A model generated the notes under the pieces. That model was not told the origin of the DNA, made no database searches, and saw only the letters and a list, made by a program, of their open reading frames with translations. The translations under genes were made by a program, and so were the position numbers. Shown in pieces: positions 62,001 to 64,000 of a stretch of DNA of 64,000 nt. The stretch spans positions 2,542,001 to 2,606,000 of the forward strand of contig JAYWIR010000015.1 in assembly GCA_036172245.1 (NCBI GenBank). The letters are read 5' to 3'. The DNA is from Raillietiella orientalis. Taxonomy: Eukaryota. Numbering within the stretch: position 1 is the stretch's first letter; each line of letters starts with the position of its first letter.

Positions 62001-63529
62001 CTTACAAAAGGCAGAAGAAGATTTACGATTATTGCAAAAGAGCCTGGAACAAGCCAAAAGTGAAAAGGACGATGTTTTGTGTCTGAATGAGAAACTTAAA
62101 GGTCATTTGTCATTGGATTCCAAGGTAGATATTTTTTTCTATAAACGTATGTTGCAGTCAAGGTATTTTTAAATGAATGCAGTTAGGTTCCAGCAAGGAT
62201 TTATGGGAACTTGAAACCCAGAATTTCCTGTTAAAAGAAGAACTTCATCATTTGACTTCCAAGCTGCAAGACAATAGCTGGGTGGCACCATACCAGCTTA
62301 AACTGTGGTTGCAGGTTACATTTGAATTGGAGGAAAAAAATTTCAATCTTAAAAAAGAAGCAGCCGAAAAGCAATTTAGGGTTGCCAAAGATGCTGTAAG
62401 TGAAGTGCAAAGTCATATTTACCTACATTCTCTACATAGTGTGATAAACTGAAAAAAAAACGAGCACTGACGTTTGGATCCCTTATGTCTTCTGCCCATG
62501 GCAAATCAAGTGATGTGGATCAGAGTATATTTCAAGCAAGGTACTGTCAAGGTTACAGAAATATTGTTATAGTTTAAAGAAATGCTTTAGAATGCCTAAT
62601 TTTCAAGAATTTAAAGAAAAGTATTTAATATGTAAAAACTGATGAATAATGTATCTATTTATATGTTTAACCAATGACTACCTCATCTTATTTATTATTA
62701 TCACAATGTAGATGTAAGATAATCTGAAACATCGGGCATAATTCTCTCATTTCTCTTAGAGTTGTAATAGCACATGTAGGATAGTCAATGGTGTTTTCTT
62801 TTACCTTTTTCCAATATCGAAAGAACTAAGGGTTTTATAATACAGTTTAACTTTTCAGCACTATGATTTCCAGGTCTTCTCTTTTGGAGTTGACCCACGA
62901 GCTTCAGGAAAGAGCAAATCGCTGGGGCCAGATTGAGAAACTATGCAATTTTGATATTCTTCACAATCCAGGTCTCCATGCCTTGGAATGCATGCTGTGC
63001 TGCTATCCATCCAATGGTTGCCTACTTACTGATCCCAGACTGAATGGTGAGTAATGGATGAGAGATAGCATAAGATCTCTTGCAGAACCTGTACACTCCC
63101 TGCCTCTCCATCACAGCAGTACATCTGCTAATCTTCACCAGCAGAGCATTCTTGGTATCTCTGCTTAGCTTTCATTCCTTTTTTGATACTGGTCTTTCAG
63201 ATCTGGATTCATACCCTAAATTGACAGAATCAAAGAGTTTTAATAATGTTAACACTAATAATCTGTTTCGGGATTCAGTATGTAGCAATCCATTGTTATA
63301 TGTAGAAGATAAAGTCTCAACTGGGGAATCTGCTAAATATCCATCTCATGATTGTCTTTCATTAGAAGGCATTCATTTCCGGGATCTGACCAAGAAAAAC
63401 ATGCTTGGGAAAAAATCCATGCAGAATGTTGGCAAATCATTGAGCCATGACAGCACCTCCCCCATGTTTCAGATGGCTGTACCCAATTTGGTGAGAATTA
63501 TGAGTTTCCAAGGTTTTATACAAAAATAG
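55974..63529 (+). CDS. Stim: Stromal interaction molecule (ER Ca2+ sensor), spliced gene
   Basis: Phase-consistent exons 55974-56088, 60969-61099, 61388-61507, 61560-61672, 61716-61828, 61871-62124, 62183-62395, 62440-62540, 62874-63046, 63086-63154 and 63201-63490/63529. Signal peptide; EF-hand LHAQMDDDNNGSIDVEESDDF; SAM VHNWTVEET..NG..LPRLA..HRQKLTLKAIDAVLFGPP; TM; CC1; SOAR/CAD WLQVTFELE..CDKLKKKR..RWGQIEKLC. Confidence 0.96.
60969..61099 (+). CDS. Stim: Stim exon: canonical EF-hand
   Basis: ELEAIKSLHAQMDDDNNGSIDVEESDD; GTAAG donor. Confidence 0.95.
61388..61507 (+). CDS. Stim: Stim exon: hidden EF-hand
   Basis: FIREELNY..RQQAFHKADKQISVKDMWNSWLNSE. Confidence 0.95.
61560..61672 (+). CDS. 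Stim: Stim exon: SAM part 1
   Basis: VHNWTVEETVYWLETVVDLPMY..VNGTFLPR. Confidence 0.95.
61716..61828 (+). CDS. Stim: Stim exon: SAM part 2
   Basis: LATNSHYMTSVLGIDNPIHRQKLTLKAIDAVLFGPPK. Confidence 0.95.
61871..62124 (+). CDS. Stim: Stim exon: TM and CC1
   Basis: NYWKDKLLLSLMIVAIGGCWLAY..KMMRDMESLQKAEE. Confidence 0.95.
62183..62395 (+). CDS. Stim: Stim exon: CC1 end / SOAR start
   Basis: SWVAPYQLKLWLQVTFELE..KKEAAEKQFRVAKDA. Confidence 0.93.
62440..62540 (+). CDS. Stim: Stim exon: SOAR apex
   Basis: CDKLKKKRALTFGSLMSSAHGKSSDVDQSIFQA. Confidence 0.95.
62874..63046 (+). CDS. Stim: Stim exon: SOAR end
   Basis: LLELTHELQERANRWGQIEKLCNFDILHNPG. Confidence 0.95.
63086..63154 (+). CDS. Stim: Stim exon: C-terminal tail
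   Basis: Open phase-1/phase-1 exon between 39-nt and 46-nt GT-AG introns. Confidence 0.7.
63201..63529 (+). CDS. Stim: Stim exon: C-terminal tail (ends at the 63527-63529 stop or splices at 63491)
   Basis: TTTCAG acceptor; frame matches ORF 63080..63529. Confidence 0.7.
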
Positions 63530-64000
63530 CACTTTTGTTGATGTAGCAAATACTAAAACCTTTTTTGAAAGTAAAATTAGTTACAATAACGTCATAGTTT
63601 GACCAATTAAAAAAAAAAGACGTTGGTCATAAAATTCGAAAATGAGTGTGGGAATTTTTGTCAAGTCTGAATCACAAAGTGGTTGTTGTAAAAACGACTT
63701 TCTAAGATACTATCTGCACTAACGTTCGCAAACAAAGCATCACGAAATTGAAAGGATATTGGTGTTTTCTATCACATGATATGCTGCCTTGTAAGGCATT
63801 TATAAGGGGGACTAATTAATAAAAAGTCAGGTGAACACTAAACAACCTATTGGGTCATTGATCTTAAGGAGAATATTCATTCATGCCTTCATAAAGATCA
63901 CGATTGTTCCCATTATCGCTATTCTTGCTGAGTATTTTGTATTTCTATTTTTAGTCTTTTGTTTACAATTTTAGAAGTTAAGAAATGTTAAATAGATAGA

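Noticed and set aside
62640..62727. Intronic C/D snoRNA candidate (TGATGA...CTGA) in Stim
   Set aside because: The C box lacks the leading purine, there is no terminal stem, and I recognised no rRNA guide.
1..64000. CRISPR arrays, operons, retron/DGR-type RT systems, tRNA genes
   Set aside because: The sequence is spliced eukaryotic DNA. I saw no regularly spaced repeats and no tRNA-like structure, and all RT motifs are degraded LINE-type.

Overview
Eukaryotic, arthropod-like genomic DNA in two compositionally distinct parts. (1) ~1-51.3 kb is GC-rich and CT-tract-rich. It holds one intact plus-strand spliced gene for a three-Ig-domain DIP/Lachesin (IgLON-like) adhesion protein (9874-~20557), a decayed plus-strand 28S rRNA fragment (2550-3360), a TA-flanked inverted-repeat element (27646-29129) and a possible histone H4 relic. 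It also holds about two dozen heavily decayed non-LTR retrotransposon (LINE) remnants resembling several clades (CR1/L2, RTE, R2/NeSL, R4, L1/Tx1, RNase H-bearing). Every remnant I could recognise lies on the minus strand. (2) ~51.5-64 kb is AT-rich and contains the ER Ca2+ sensor gene Stim (at least 11 coding exons, seven introns of only 39-58 nt). The most striking signal is the one-directional, multi-clade LINE graveyard wrapped around the Ig gene, which resembles a uni-strand (flamenco-like) piRNA cluster; that is a hypothesis. The LINE calls rest on by-eye recognition of degenerate motifs, their boundaries are approximate, and they need profile searches to confirm. No prokaryotic systems or CRISPR arrays are seen.
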